A stretch of DNA of 45,422 bases. Source: a virus (taxonomy: Duplodnaviria > Caudoviricetes). The stretch lies in IMG/VR virus record IMGVR_UViG_3300037851_000590, positions 1 through 45,422 of that record; one strand, given 5' to 3'. The notes under the pieces were generated by a model that saw nothing but the letters and a program-made list of their open reading frames with translations, was not told where the DNA came from and did no database searches. Positions within the stretch are counted from its first letter, which is position 1; every line of letters starts with the position of its first letter. Made by a program: the position numbers and the translations under genes. Shown here one piece after another: positions 26,693-36,296 of this stretch.

Positions 26693-27688
26693 TTACTTGT
26701 TCCTGAACTCCCCGCCCTTGCTAGTTCCGGCCGGGTGGCGCGGGTGCTGGTCTTCGAAGTCACCGCGCATCGCAGCCTCTGTCGCCCGCGCGTGGCCGAC
26801 GGTACCGGGCACGTGGCCCAGAGCCGTCGCTCTATCGTGCGCCGCTGCCGAGATGTCATCGGCGTGCTTCGCGGAAGCGGCGACTGCGGGATCTCTACGA
26901 CTCAGCTCAAGGCGCAGCTTGGCCAGGTGTCGTTGGTTCTCGATGTTCGCGCGATCTCCCATCGTACCGGCGCGAGCTTTCGGGGCGCCAGCAACTCGCG
27001 CCGCAAACACCTTCTCCGCGGCGCGAAGCTCTGCGACCGACGCAGACTTCATCATCGCGTTCGGTTCGTCCGGAGAACCAGGTGCGGACATCCTCGCCGC
27101 GTCGGCCGCCTTCATCTCCGGGGTGCGGCGATCGACGTAGGTCGGGATGCCGAGTGAGGCGAGCGTGCCGGGGTGGACGCCGACGCCCATCTGCTCGAGC
27201 GTAAGGGACTTCTTGGATCGCGGGGGCGCGACGCCGAGCTTGATCGGAAGCTTCTTCTCACCGGAAGACTTCGCGACCTCAGCCGCCATCTGGTCGGTGA
27301 GTACTGATCCTGGGTTCTTCTGCCCGAACCCGCCGCGCGGGGCGCGCTGACGATCGAGCTTCTCCTGCTCCGGGTCGCGGGTCATCTGACTGACGCTCCC
27401 GCTGGTGACCTTGATCGACTCTGGATCACGAAAGCCCTGAAACGGGTCGTCGGGCAGCTTGTGGCCGCCCTCGCGGAGCCCTTTCTGGATCTGGTTCTCC
27501 AGCTTATTTCTGCCAGAGAGTGACGCCAACCGGGCGTCGGCCTCCACGTGCTGGCCCGCGGCGCGTAGCGCCTTAACGAACGGGTCGTTCTCACCAGTAC
27601 CAACTTCGCGGCGAGGGCCGACTGACTGCCCAGGTTGAATCTTCGTCCGGGTGCGGTGTGCCCTCGTCCGATGGCTTCCGTATGCCAT
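26693..27688 (-). CDS. basic protein with C-terminal HPRHPAGTSKGGEF tag
   Basis: Start reassigned to the ATG at 27688; ends RGDFEDQHPRHPAGTSKGGEFRNK. Confidence 0.7.
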   Translation of the reverse strand: MAYGSHRTRAHRTRTKIQPGQSVGPRREVGTGENDPFVKALRAAGQHVEADARLASLSGRNKLENQIQKGLREGGHKLPDDPFQGFRDPESIKVTSGSVSQMTRDPEQEKLDRQRAPRGGFGQKNPGSVLTDQMAAEVAKSSGEKKLPIKLGVAPPRSKKSLTLEQMGVGVHPGTLASLGIPTYVDRRTPEMKAADAARMSAPGSPDEPNAMMKSASVAELRAAEKVFAARVAGAPKARAGTMGDRANIENQRHLAKLRLELSRRDPAVAASAKHADDISAAAHDRATALGHVPGTVGHARATEAAMRGDFEDQHPRHPAGTSKGGEFRNK

Positions 27689-27690
27689 TA

Positions 27691-27930
27691 TCAGCGCTCT
27701 TCGTGCTCGGCCCACTGGTCGCGGCAGTCGGACATCTTGCGCCGCCAGTCGATCGTCTCGGGCGGCTTCCCGCCCATCGCGCAGCGCCACCTCTCGATCC
27801 GATTAACGCGGTCGTTTATCGTGTCCCACCGCTCGTAGAGGCCGATCACCTGGCCGAAGACTCCCCAAAGCAGCGGAACGATGACGAGCAACGCGCCCGC
27901 GACTTGGACCGTCTTCTTGTCGATCTCCAC
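27691..27930 (-). CDS. small membrane protein
   Basis: GTG start; TM segment VAGALLVIVPLLWGVF. Confidence 0.5.
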   Translation of the reverse strand: MEIDKKTVQVAGALLVIVPLLWGVFGQVIGLYERWDTINDRVNRIERWRCAMGGKPPETIDWRRKMSDCRDQWAEHEER

Positions 27931-27931
27931 G

Positions 27932-28141
27932 TCACACCACCTGATACTTCTGCTGGACGATCTGCCGGGGCTGAGGGAGAAGCCTCTGATCGTTTTCGGC
28001 CGAGGTGAGGAACAACCTGACTTGTGCCCATCCCTCCGGGAGCAGCTCGATCGACGCCACGCGGCCAGTGACCTCGACGCCGTCGATCCAGACACGCGGG
28101 TCTACCCCGTTCGGAGCTTCGGACATCTTCAAGTCGATCAT
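27932..28141 (-). CDS. small hypothetical protein
   Basis: ORF track; abuts neighbouring gene. Confidence 0.5.
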   Translation of the reverse strand: MIDLKMSEAPNGVDPRVWIDGVEVTGRVASIELLPEGWAQVRLFLTSAENDQRLLPQPRQIVQQKYQVV

Positions 28142-28482
28142 TCTCTATTCTACCTTGTCTCGATCCGCGCGCCAAGCCTGGTACTCGGCCCAATACCCGA
28201 CGGCCATCACGACCGCCGCTACGAGTACGGCACCCGCCAGGGTCATGAGGGCCCATGCTACCTGGTTGATCGACTGAGCCACGAAGAGCGCCTCAGGGGC
28301 CATATGATCGATCACTCTCACCCAAGCAGAACCAGATCCCTGTCGGGACGAACTGCTTTCCCGTCCAGACAGCTTGAGGGTAACAGTCAGAGAACGTCGG
28401 TTGCACCCACCTCGTCGACGCCCAAGCCGTGAGGCACCAGAAGATCAGCGCGAGCGCCACCCTCCCGAGCCACCGCACGCGC

Positions 28483-28695
28483 CTACCACCGCTTCTTCGG
28501 TCCGAAGTTCTCGCCGCAGTGACCGGTCTCACACGCCTCGGCGCGAGCCTCGTCAGCGGCGAACTCCTCAGGCGTGTGCGTCGCCCCCGTCTTGATGTTC
28601 TTAGCCTCGACGACCTTCCCGCCTTGCCACGCCAGGCGGACCTTCTTCCCCGTCTTCGTCGTCTTGACGCGGTACCGCGCTCCTGAGATCGGCAT
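28483..28695 (-). CDS. small basic hypothetical protein
   Basis: ORF track; plausible composition. Confidence 0.5.
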   Translation of the reverse strand: MPISGARYRVKTTKTGKKVRLAWQGGKVVEAKNIKTGATHTPEEFAADEARAEACETGHCGENFGPKKRW

Positions 28696-29129
28696 GGTTC
28701 ACTACACCTTGTCGGGCATCAGCCTGTCGCGAGTGGCTCGGCCCTCCGGGCTACCGCCCTCGGCACAGCCGCGGCACTGCCCGGTCGGGCAGTCGTCGTG
28801 GTCAGTAGTCGTCACCGTAGCCTTCCACCCTCATCTTCCGGAATCGCGCTGAGCGCGATTACTGATTAGTACGTCTTCTTCCTGCCGCCGCCCTTCTTGA
28901 ACGGCTTCGCCGCGCCTTTGAACGGCTTCTTCCCCTTCGCCATCTCGGCCTCCTCTATTACTGGGGTTCAGCGCGTCACAGCGGGGGTGGTGTCTCACGT
29001 CAATCACGGGCCCCTCCGCCGTCTCCCGCCGTCGTAAGACCTCGGCCTTGCAGTAGACACAAGGCCGGTGCCTTGCGTACCACGTCTCGGGCTTCGCAGG
29101 CGGGATCGCCGTCGTGAACACGCTCGTCT

Positions 29130-29447
29130 TCATTCCTCGAAGAGGGCCTCGACCGACTCCTTACCCTCCTCGTACCCCTTCTGCCATTCCTTGAACGCCG
29201 GGTCGTCCGGGCCGCTGACGTTTGCGGGCCCATATGGGCTCGGCTGATGCGCCCTAGACTCGAGCGCCTGGGCGACGCCGCTACGGCGCCCACCTTCGTA
29301 GTCCGAGTCGGGCAAAGTGGCGTACGGGCCGACGGCGGCGACGATCGCGCTGACCCGGTCCGCCTCTGGCCGCTTGGCCGACGACCGCGAGCCCTGGACG
29401 ATCTCGCTCGTCTCCGGCGTCACGCCGAAGATGCTGCCCCGGGTCAC
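29130..29447 (-). CDS. hypothetical protein
   Basis: ORF track; packed operon. Confidence 0.5.
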   Translation of the reverse strand: MTRGSIFGVTPETSEIVQGSRSSAKRPEADRVSAIVAAVGPYATLPDSDYEGGRRSGVAQALESRAHQPSPYGPANVSGPDDPAFKEWQKGYEEGKESVEALFEE

Positions 29448-29448
29448 G

Positions 29449-29730
29449 TCAGCTCACCCCGGCCGCGAGCTCATCCTCACTGTCCTCAGACTCCGGCTCG
29501 GCGGCCGGCTCGGTCGGTTCAGCGACCGGCTCCGCCTCGTCCTCGTCCTCGTCCTCGACCGCGTTGAAGAGCGCCGACGCGACTTCCGCTTCGGCCTTTG
29601 CTTTGAGGCTCTCCACGATCACCTCGTCCCCGTCCTGCCACTCCAGGTGGACCTCCGGGTCGAAGTCGGACTGGTTGATGTATGCCCAGCTGCCGTTGTA
29701 GTGGACCTTGATCGTCGGGATTGCTGCCAT
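29449..29730 (-). CDS. small acidic phage protein (YINQSDFDPEVH motif)
   Basis: GGAGGTGA ribosome-binding site; the INxSDFDPxxH motif is common in phages. Confidence 0.6.
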   Translation of the reverse strand: MAAIPTIKVHYNGSWAYINQSDFDPEVHLEWQDGDEVIVESLKAKAEAEVASALFNAVEDEDEDEAEPVAEPTEPAAEPESEDSEDELAAGVS

Positions 29731-29731
29731 G

Positions 29732-29986
29732 TCACTTCACCTCCGGAGCGTTCAGCCCCTTATCTGCTGCCGTCGCGTCCTTCGGACGCTTTACCCACAG
29801 CGCAGCCAGCGCGGCGATCGCTCCGCCCTTCGCTGCTGCGTAGAGCGCCGCCGGGTCCGTCGTCCCGGACTGCGCCAACGAGACCACGGCTCCGAGCGCC
29901 CCGCCCGCCGCCGTCACGAGAACCGTTTTCACCACCGGGCTCCGGTGGAGATACTCCACGACCTTCCAGATGTTGATGATGTTCAC
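29732..29986 (-). CDS. two-TM protein, holin-like
   Basis: Two hydrophobic segments and a charged C-terminus. Confidence 0.5.
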   Translation of the reverse strand: MNIINIWKVVEYLHRSPVVKTVLVTAAGGALGAVVSLAQSGTTDPAALYAAAKGGAIAALAALWVKRPKDATAADKGLNAPEVK

Positions 29987-30375
29987 GCGAACCTCCCACC
30001 GTCTTCCCGCCCCCGGGCGTGACGACGGTGCTTGCTCTCATCGAATTCGCCTCGACCGCCTAAAGGGACGTCGGACACCCGAGCAGGGATCGAATTCTCG
30101 TTACGAAGATGGTCCATGTCTGGCTCAGCTGTCGGCTTCTTCGGGGCCTTCTTAGCAGGCATGTGTTCCCGCCGGAGTCGGTCGGCCACGCTCCCCGTAC
30201 CTGAGCGCCGGAACATCGGGTTGCTGTTCTTGCTGACAGACTCGTTTCTCGCTGCGACTCGGTCCTGGTGCGAGACCTTACCGCTCGCTTCGTTCCGCTT
30301 CGCGCGGGCTTCGGACTCCTGCTGGCGCTTGATCTCCGCTGCGGTGGGCGGCTTCGGTGGCTTCGGTGTCGCCAT
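29983..30375 (-). CDS. basic protein with PDMDHLRNENS module and C-terminal KHRRHARG..GGRF tag
   Basis: Start reassigned to the ATG at 30375. Confidence 0.7.
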   Translation of the reverse strand: MATPKPPKPPTAAEIKRQQESEARAKRNEASGKVSHQDRVAARNESVSKNSNPMFRRSGTGSVADRLRREHMPAKKAPKKPTAEPDMDHLRNENSIPARVSDVPLGGRGEFDESKHRRHARGREDGGRFA

Positions 30376-30376
30376 G

Positions 30377-30937
30377 TTACTTCCCGAACGGCGGCTTCTT
30401 GGCAGCTGGCTTCTTGGCAGGCGCTTCGGTCTCGTCCTCAGGCTCCTCGACGTCGGACGTGTCGTCTTCATCCGCGCTGTCCTCCGGAGTCGTAGACTTC
30501 AGGTCAGAGTTGGCCGACGGCGGAAGAACCGCCGAGGGCTTGCCCTTCTGCTGGGCCGCGGAAGCGAGAGTCGTGAACGAGAAGATCGGCGTGTTGTCCT
30601 CCGCCTCGCCGACCTGGTAGCTCGCGCGCGGGTCGGGCGGCGGGGCGACGGCAGGGCCGGTAGCGGTGGTGATCTTGATCGCACCCTGCGAAGCGCGGGC
30701 TGCCTCGGCCTCCGGGCTCAGCTTCGGCTCAGACGCCGCAGGCTGCGGGCCTTGGGCGTTGGTAGACTTCGACGCCGCCGGGGCCTTCGGTGCTGATCCG
30801 GCCATTGGGTCCGGCGACGCCGCGCCCTTGCCCTTCGGGGCGACCGGCGGGGTCTGACCCGGGTATTCTTTGATCGGGGTATGCGGGCCTTTCGGGCCCT
30901 TGCTCTTCTCGGCTGCCTTCTTCGGCGGGAATGCCAT
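30377..30937 (-). CDS. low-complexity Pro/Ala/Lys protein
   Basis: AGAGGT ribosome-binding site; likely disordered. Confidence 0.6.
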   Translation of the reverse strand: MAFPPKKAAEKSKGPKGPHTPIKEYPGQTPPVAPKGKGAASPDPMAGSAPKAPAASKSTNAQGPQPAASEPKLSPEAEAARASQGAIKITTATGPAVAPPPDPRASYQVGEAEDNTPIFSFTTLASAAQQKGKPSAVLPPSANSDLKSTTPEDSADEDDTSDVEEPEDETEAPAKKPAAKKPPFGK

Positions 30938-30940
30938 CTT

Positions 30941-31960
30941 TTACCTCTTGCGGGTCGACTTCTCGTAGTTCTTGAACGCCGCGGCTATGTCTCGCCGCTC
31001 CTTCGCCGCTCGAGCTCGATAGTCCGCTGCCTGCTTATTCGTGATCCCCTTGGCGAAACCTTCAGCTTGAGCGTTCTCGGCCGCCACGACGCGCACCCCA
31101 CGCGCGGGCTTGGCGAGTTCCGCCTTCTCCGCTGCCAGTCGCCGGCGGGCGGCCTCGGCGACCACGCCTTTCCCGGCGGCCAGCGTCCTCAGAGCGTCCT
31201 TCCTCACCTCCTCGCGCGTCGAGGTCTTACTGACCGCCTTGCCGACTACCTCACCGCGGGCTCCGAAGCCGTGGCCAGACGGGTAGCTGTGCCCGGCGGG
31301 CAGCGCTCGGGCCGCGCGCTCCATCTCGCCGAGGTTCGTCACGCGGCCATTCTTGTCGAACACGGGCTTCGGGACGCCGCTCTCGTGCGGGTTCGTGAGG
31401 TTCAGCGCGGCGATGTTCGCCGCGCGGTTGGCGTCGCGGCCGGCCTCCTCCGCGGCGTACCCGGCGCGCATTCGGGCACCCATCTCGGCCTCTTCGCGGG
31501 CCGCCGCCTCACTTTGGAGCGGCGGCCAGGTGCTGCGGTCGTCCGGCTTGGCTAGCTGGCGCTGGACGAAGGCACCGGGGGTCTCTCCCGGGCGGAGGGC
31601 GTTCGCGGCGATCCGCTTGATTTCTCCGGACAGCTCGGCCTCGGACTTCCCGCCGCCGACCGGCGTCCACTCCTTCGGGTCCTTCGATACGAGTTCTGTG
31701 GCGACTTGTTTCACCCTAGCGCTGAGTTCTGGCGGGACGTCCTTGCCCCTGACCTTCAGGTCGTGCTCGAGCGTCGAGAGCCGCCGCAGCTCGTCGCTCT
31801 TCCGGTTGTAAACGTCGGCGCGCTCCCGCTCACTCGGCTCGATCCCGATCCTGCGGTCCGCGGCCTCGGCGCTGGCGCGGGAGTGCAGGCGGTCCATCGC
31901 TGCTGACTGCGCTGCAGTGTACTGGTTGCCCCGGAACGGGTGGCCCTGCTTGTCGCCCAT
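30941..31960 (-). CDS. GHPFRGNQ-tagged helical protein
   Basis: True start at the ATG at 31960 after GGAGCTGAA. Confidence 0.8.
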   Translation of the reverse strand: MGDKQGHPFRGNQYTAAQSAAMDRLHSRASAEAADRRIGIEPSERERADVYNRKSDELRRLSTLEHDLKVRGKDVPPELSARVKQVATELVSKDPKEWTPVGGGKSEAELSGEIKRIAANALRPGETPGAFVQRQLAKPDDRSTWPPLQSEAAAREEAEMGARMRAGYAAEEAGRDANRAANIAALNLTNPHESGVPKPVFDKNGRVTNLGEMERAARALPAGHSYPSGHGFGARGEVVGKAVSKTSTREEVRKDALRTLAAGKGVVAEAARRRLAAEKAELAKPARGVRVVAAENAQAEGFAKGITNKQAADYRARAAKERRDIAAAFKNYEKSTRKR

Positions 31961-31961
31961 T

Positions 31962-32630
31962 TCAGCTCCTCCGCCAACTAGCGTTGAAGTCGCGCTGGCG
32001 CTTCCTGTTGTCGCGGTTCTGTTCAACCTCGGCGTCGTACGCGCCCTTTCCCCCTGCGGGGACATCGGAGATCTTCGCCGGCATCGCGTTCTCGCGCTTG
32101 AGGTGATCCAGGTCTGGCGCCTCTTTCCGCGTAGCAGATGCCTCCAGCTCCGCAGCCGTCTGCTGGATGAGTGCCGGTGATACGTAGACACCCTGGAATC
32201 GCGCACGGGCGTCGCCGGCGCGGATCCGCGCCTCCCGGTCAGCCTCGGCGCGCGCGACCACGAGGGCCACCGCCTTATCCTCGACGCTAGCGCGATCGAA
32301 CTCGCGCTGCGAGCGGCGCTTCGCGAGAGTCGCCCTACTGGGCCCGGCGGGCTTATCGAGAGCCTGTTGTATCCCGTAGGCGGCCGCCTCCATCAGCTCG
32401 GCGTCCTGCTTGACCCCGAGGGCCGTGGGGCGCTTTGCGAACTCGTCCAGGCGCAGCTGAGCCCGGTACTTCAAGTCGGCCGCCGCGCGCTTCAGCTCGG
32501 CGCGGGCCACGTCCTCACGCCCCGCCTCCGCGTAACGGGCGATCTTGTTCCGCGCGCTGACCATCTCGGACCGGCGCGCGGCGTCCGCGTACTGGTTGCC
32601 CCTGAACGGGTGGCCCGGCTTGTCGCCCAT
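31962..32630 (-). CDS. GHPFRGNQ-tagged protein with PDLDHL module
   Basis: Motifs visible in translation. Confidence 0.8.
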   Translation of the reverse strand: MGDKPGHPFRGNQYADAARRSEMVSARNKIARYAEAGREDVARAELKRAAADLKYRAQLRLDEFAKRPTALGVKQDAELMEAAAYGIQQALDKPAGPSRATLAKRRSQREFDRASVEDKAVALVVARAEADREARIRAGDARARFQGVYVSPALIQQTAAELEASATRKEAPDLDHLKRENAMPAKISDVPAGGKGAYDAEVEQNRDNRKRQRDFNASWRRS

Positions 32631-32640
32631 TTTCAGCTCC

Positions 32641-33294
32641 TCAGCTCACGTCGAAGTGCTTCATAGCTGTCGCGAGCATCTTGTTGTAGTCGCCCGACCG
32701 CATTTCGTCCATGACAGCCTTGGTCCGCTCCGGCGACCAGCCAGCCTTCTTGGCGGCGCGCTGAGCCAGGCCGAGGACCGAGAACGCGTTCCCGTCCGTG
32801 CCTACCAGCTTCAGCTTCGGCGGCCTTTCGGTCGCCTGCCGACGAACCTCGCGTTCCACGGCCACCTTCGCCGCGCCCGGGGTAGACCGGCGGCGCTCCG
32901 GCGGGATCGCGCCCGCTGCGCGCGCCGACAGGATCCGCTCGTTCACCTTGGCCGACTCGTGCATCCGGTCCATCGCGAGCGCGCGAGGATCGGCAGGGAT
33001 CGCGTTCTCGCGCCTGAGGTGATCGAAGTCGGGAGTAACCGCTCGAGCTTCTGTGGCCGCCATTTGCTCAGACTCTTCGTCGCGGCGGCGACGGTCCTCG
33101 CGCTCCGCCTCCCGGGCCGCGTCCCGCTCCTCCTGCGGGGTCGGCCGGTCGGGGATCGTGACGCGGATAGGGCCCGTGCGACCCTCGACCCGCGCGGAAT
33201 ATACCGGGATCGAACGGCGATCCGTTACCGGGCGGTTGCTGCCTCCGCTCGTGTACTGGTTTCCTCGAAAGTCGTGCCCCGGCTTGTCGCCCAT
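32641..33294 (-). CDS. GHDFRGNQ-tagged protein with PDFDHL module and C-terminal GTDGNAF..LG domain
   Basis: The C-terminal LVGTDGNAFSVLG...SGDY region is a recurrent small phage/ICE domain. Confidence 0.8.
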   Translation of the reverse strand: MGDKPGHDFRGNQYTSGGSNRPVTDRRSIPVYSARVEGRTGPIRVTIPDRPTPQEERDAAREAEREDRRRRDEESEQMAATEARAVTPDFDHLRRENAIPADPRALAMDRMHESAKVNERILSARAAGAIPPERRRSTPGAAKVAVEREVRRQATERPPKLKLVGTDGNAFSVLGLAQRAAKKAGWSPERTKAVMDEMRSGDYNKMLATAMKHFDVS

Positions 33295-33305
33295 TTCAGC
33301 TCACC

Positions 33306-34493
33306 TCACTCGTAATCGCCATACTTGCCCTTCTTCATACCGAGCGATTTATAGACGTCCCGGCGCGCCCTGGCGTTCGCGTTTCGGCGCACGCGGGCGG
33401 CCTCGGCCTTCGTGACGCCAATCGCCCGGTCGGCGATCGCAAGCTTGAGCCGGTCGATACGTGACAGTTCCGGCTCAGGTCGGTCGACCTTTACCTTAGA
33501 ATAGTTCTTCACTTCGGACTCGGCCCACGTATTTCCCTTGGCGATGCTCTTCTCGCCCGACGCGAATCCAGTGAGATTGTAAACCTTCCCTGGGACCGGA
33601 CGGTCGAAGTCGCCCTTCCCGCCCTCGGGGACGTTCGACACGCGGGCCGGGATCGCGTTCTCCTTCTTGAGATGATCCAGATCCGGGGCGAGTCCCGCGG
33701 CGCGACGGTCGGCGGCCTTCGACAGCTCGCCGCTGACGACCTGCGCCCGGTGCTCGGCCCCAAGGGCGCCAGCGTCGTAGCTCAAGCGGTCGCGGGCGGC
33801 CTGCGACATCGGGGCGGACGCCTCCGCGCGCTGCCGGATCTCGTCGGCCTGCCGGTACATCTCGGTGGCCGCTGCGGTGTTCGACTCCACAGCCGCGTGG
33901 TCGCCGCGCCGGGCAGCCTCGAGGGCCGCCTGCTCGTAGGCGCGGGCAGCCTTCACTTGCTTGTCCGCCGCGCTCAGAACCCGCTGGCGAGCGGCACCTT
34001 CCTTGCTGCCCATGTCACGTTGCATCCCCATCAGGGAGCCCGGGCTCGCGGCGGCCTTGATGTCCTCGGCGGCCTTGATGAGGATCTTGCGCTGCGCGTC
34101 AACCGAGGCGCCGCGGGCTTTGGCGGCCGCGACATCCTTGATAGCCTTCTCGCCGATGGCCTTCACCCGGTCGTCCGCCGCCCCGCCGCTCGTGCGCCAA
34201 GCGTCGCGGGCCTCCTCTAGCTTCGCCCTGGCGTCGTTGCGCACGACCGGCTGTTGCTCGCCGGTGCGGAGCTCGCGCTCTGCCCGAACTGCGCGAAGCG
34301 CGAACGCCTCGCCGGACATGCTGATCGGGCCTTGCTTGAACTTCCCGGTCGCCGGGTCGTAGCCGATCCCGTGCTTCGCGGCGACCAAGTGCCCCTGCTG
34401 CGCCTTCGCGCGGTCGTGCATGCGGTCCATCGCGGCCGACTGCGCCGCGGTGTACTGGTTGCCCCGGAACGGGTGTCCCTGCTTGTCGCCCAT
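33306..34493 (-). CDS. GHPFRGNQ-tagged helical protein with PDLDHL module
   Basis: Motifs visible in translation. Confidence 0.8.
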   Translation of the reverse strand: MGDKQGHPFRGNQYTAAQSAAMDRMHDRAKAQQGHLVAAKHGIGYDPATGKFKQGPISMSGEAFALRAVRAERELRTGEQQPVVRNDARAKLEEARDAWRTSGGAADDRVKAIGEKAIKDVAAAKARGASVDAQRKILIKAAEDIKAAASPGSLMGMQRDMGSKEGAARQRVLSAADKQVKAARAYEQAALEAARRGDHAAVESNTAAATEMYRQADEIRQRAEASAPMSQAARDRLSYDAGALGAEHRAQVVSGELSKAADRRAAGLAPDLDHLKKENAIPARVSNVPEGGKGDFDRPVPGKVYNLTGFASGEKSIAKGNTWAESEVKNYSKVKVDRPEPELSRIDRLKLAIADRAIGVTKAEAARVRRNANARARRDVYKSLGMKKGKYGDYE

Positions 34494-34497
34494 CGCG

Positions 34498-35346
34498 TTA
34501 CCCCTTCTTCCCCTTCGACAGCCAACGGTGAGCCAGGTACTGCTCGGACGCCTTGTCCAGACGCTTGCTCTCCCGCGCTCCGCTCTCCTTAAGCGCGCGC
34601 TGGTGATCTTTCAGTTCGTCCTTCAGCTCCTTGATGCGCCGGCGATCCCGCGCTGAGCGGTCGGGGAGCTCCTCGGGGCGGCGACGCTCTCGCGCGGCCA
34701 TGTAGTCCTCCACGTACACGCCCTTCCCGCCCTCAGGGACGTCGGAAACCTTCGCCGGCAGCGCGGCCTCATTCTTGAGGTGATCGAGGTTCGGTGCCTG
34801 GGCGCGCTTCTGCTGCTCGCGGGCGTAGACCGAGCCCTGGTCGGAGTAGTAGCCCTGCTTCGGGTTGTCGCGGCCCATCGCCTCAGCGGCCTTGCGAGCG
34901 TCCTCACGCGCGAACGCCAGCTCGGCGTCGGTCATCTTGCTCGCCTTCGCCTCTTCCTTGGCGAAGTCGAGGGTCCCCGTGCGCTCGTGGAACTCCGCGA
35001 TCCGGGCTGCGCGTTCCGCGGCCTTCTTTTCCGAAGCTGCCGAAGCTGATTCCCAGCGACCTCGCTCGATCGTAAGATCGAGACCGAGCTTCCTCGCGAT
35101 TCGGTGGTTCTCCCGCGTGGGATTGAACTCGTCGGCGAACGCCGAACTGGGGTCTTCGCCCTTCCGGACGCGCTCGTCGACGCGATCAGCGGCCTCCAGT
35201 TCGATCGCGATGGCGTGCGGGTTATCCCACCGACCCTTAGCGATCGCCTTCTGCGAACGCTTGATGTCCTCCTGCGTAAGGGCGCTGATGAGCCCAGCCC
35301 GCGTGTACTGGTTCCCTCGAAATGGATGTCCCGGCTTGTCGCCCAT
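34498..35346 (-). CDS. GHPFRGNQ-tagged protein with PNLDHL module
   Basis: Motifs visible in translation. Confidence 0.8.
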   Translation of the reverse strand: MGDKPGHPFRGNQYTRAGLISALTQEDIKRSQKAIAKGRWDNPHAIAIELEAADRVDERVRKGEDPSSAFADEFNPTRENHRIARKLGLDLTIERGRWESASAASEKKAAERAARIAEFHERTGTLDFAKEEAKASKMTDAELAFAREDARKAAEAMGRDNPKQGYYSDQGSVYAREQQKRAQAPNLDHLKNEAALPAKVSDVPEGGKGVYVEDYMAARERRRPEELPDRSARDRRRIKELKDELKDHQRALKESGARESKRLDKASEQYLAHRWLSKGKKG

Positions 35347-35364
35347 TTTCCGGCTCTCCCTTCC

Positions 35365-36249
35365 TTACCCGTAGAACCCGCGGCCCTTCTTGCTGATAAC
35401 GGCCTGCCGCTCCTTCTGCCACGTCGACGACCGCTTGCCCGCGCCCTTCCAGGCCGCCCGCGACTTGTCCAGGTTCTCCGAGACGCCGCGAGCCAGCTTG
35501 CGGAGCTTGTCCTTCACCGGCTTCGGGAAGTGCTCGCGCACCGAGCCCGAGATCACCGGGCCCTTCGCGCCGTATTTCTTCTCAGACGCCTCCGCGAGCT
35601 TCGAGTGTGCACGGCTCAGCTCATAGGCCTTATCGAGGGCCTTGCGGGACTCCGCGATCTTCTCGGCACGGCTCTGTGTCGGCTCACTCTTGTCTCGGTC
35701 GAAGGCCTTGCGAGACTCCGCGATCTTCTCGGCACGGCTCTGTGTCGGCTTCGGGCCTGATAGGCGGCGCCCCTCAACTTTGGCGACCTCGCGCTCGGCC
35801 TTCTGGATATCCGCCATCGTCAGCCTGCCGACTAGATGATCCAGGTCCTTCTGCTTCCACTCAGGCAAACGGGAATAGGCGTACTCGGCCTGCGTCGGCT
35901 CACTCTTGTCTCGGTCGAACGGGTCCGGGTCAGACTTGTATACTCCTGGGCCGCCCTCAGGGACGTCAGAGATCTTCGCCGGCATCGCGTTCTCACGCTT
36001 GAGGTGATCGAGGTCTGGGACACTGGACACCGGCTTGCCAGTGGCGGTAGAGAACTTGTTGCCGAACTCGTCCTCACTAACCCCGCGGCCAAGATCGCGC
36101 AGTTCGCCGCGCGGCATCTCCTCTGAGTCCTGGCGCTCGCGCTCCGCGTTCTCGGCCATGTGAGCCCGGATCATCGCCTCACGCCCCGAGGCACCCTCAG
36201 GTCCGGTGTACTGGTTGCCCCTGAACTGGTGGCCCGGCTTGTCACCCAT
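35365..36249 (-). CDS. GHQFRGNQ-tagged protein with PDLDHL module and internal duplication
   Basis: Motifs visible; PTQSRAEKIAESRKA twice and FDRDKSEPTQ twice. Confidence 0.8.
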   Translation of the reverse strand: MGDKPGHQFRGNQYTGPEGASGREAMIRAHMAENAERERQDSEEMPRGELRDLGRGVSEDEFGNKFSTATGKPVSSVPDLDHLKRENAMPAKISDVPEGGPGVYKSDPDPFDRDKSEPTQAEYAYSRLPEWKQKDLDHLVGRLTMADIQKAEREVAKVEGRRLSGPKPTQSRAEKIAESRKAFDRDKSEPTQSRAEKIAESRKALDKAYELSRAHSKLAEASEKKYGAKGPVISGSVREHFPKPVKDKLRKLARGVSENLDKSRAAWKGAGKRSSTWQKERQAVISKKGRGFYG

Positions 36250-36296
36250 GGATTAGCTCCCTTCCTGCCGTACGAGCGTTGAGGTCAAAGGTTCCA

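Noticed and set aside
19642-32206. ORF-track starts at 21348, 24040, 25314, 27790, 30471 and 32206
   Set aside because: They overlap upstream genes. Downstream starts, several with an RBS and/or the tag at residue 1, fit the gene packing better.
30941-36249. Recurring roughly 42-bp tag DNA as a CRISPR array or attC-type repeat
   Set aside because: Spacing is 0.6-1.2 kb, the copies are in frame at gene starts, they vary at synonymous positions and they are not palindromic.
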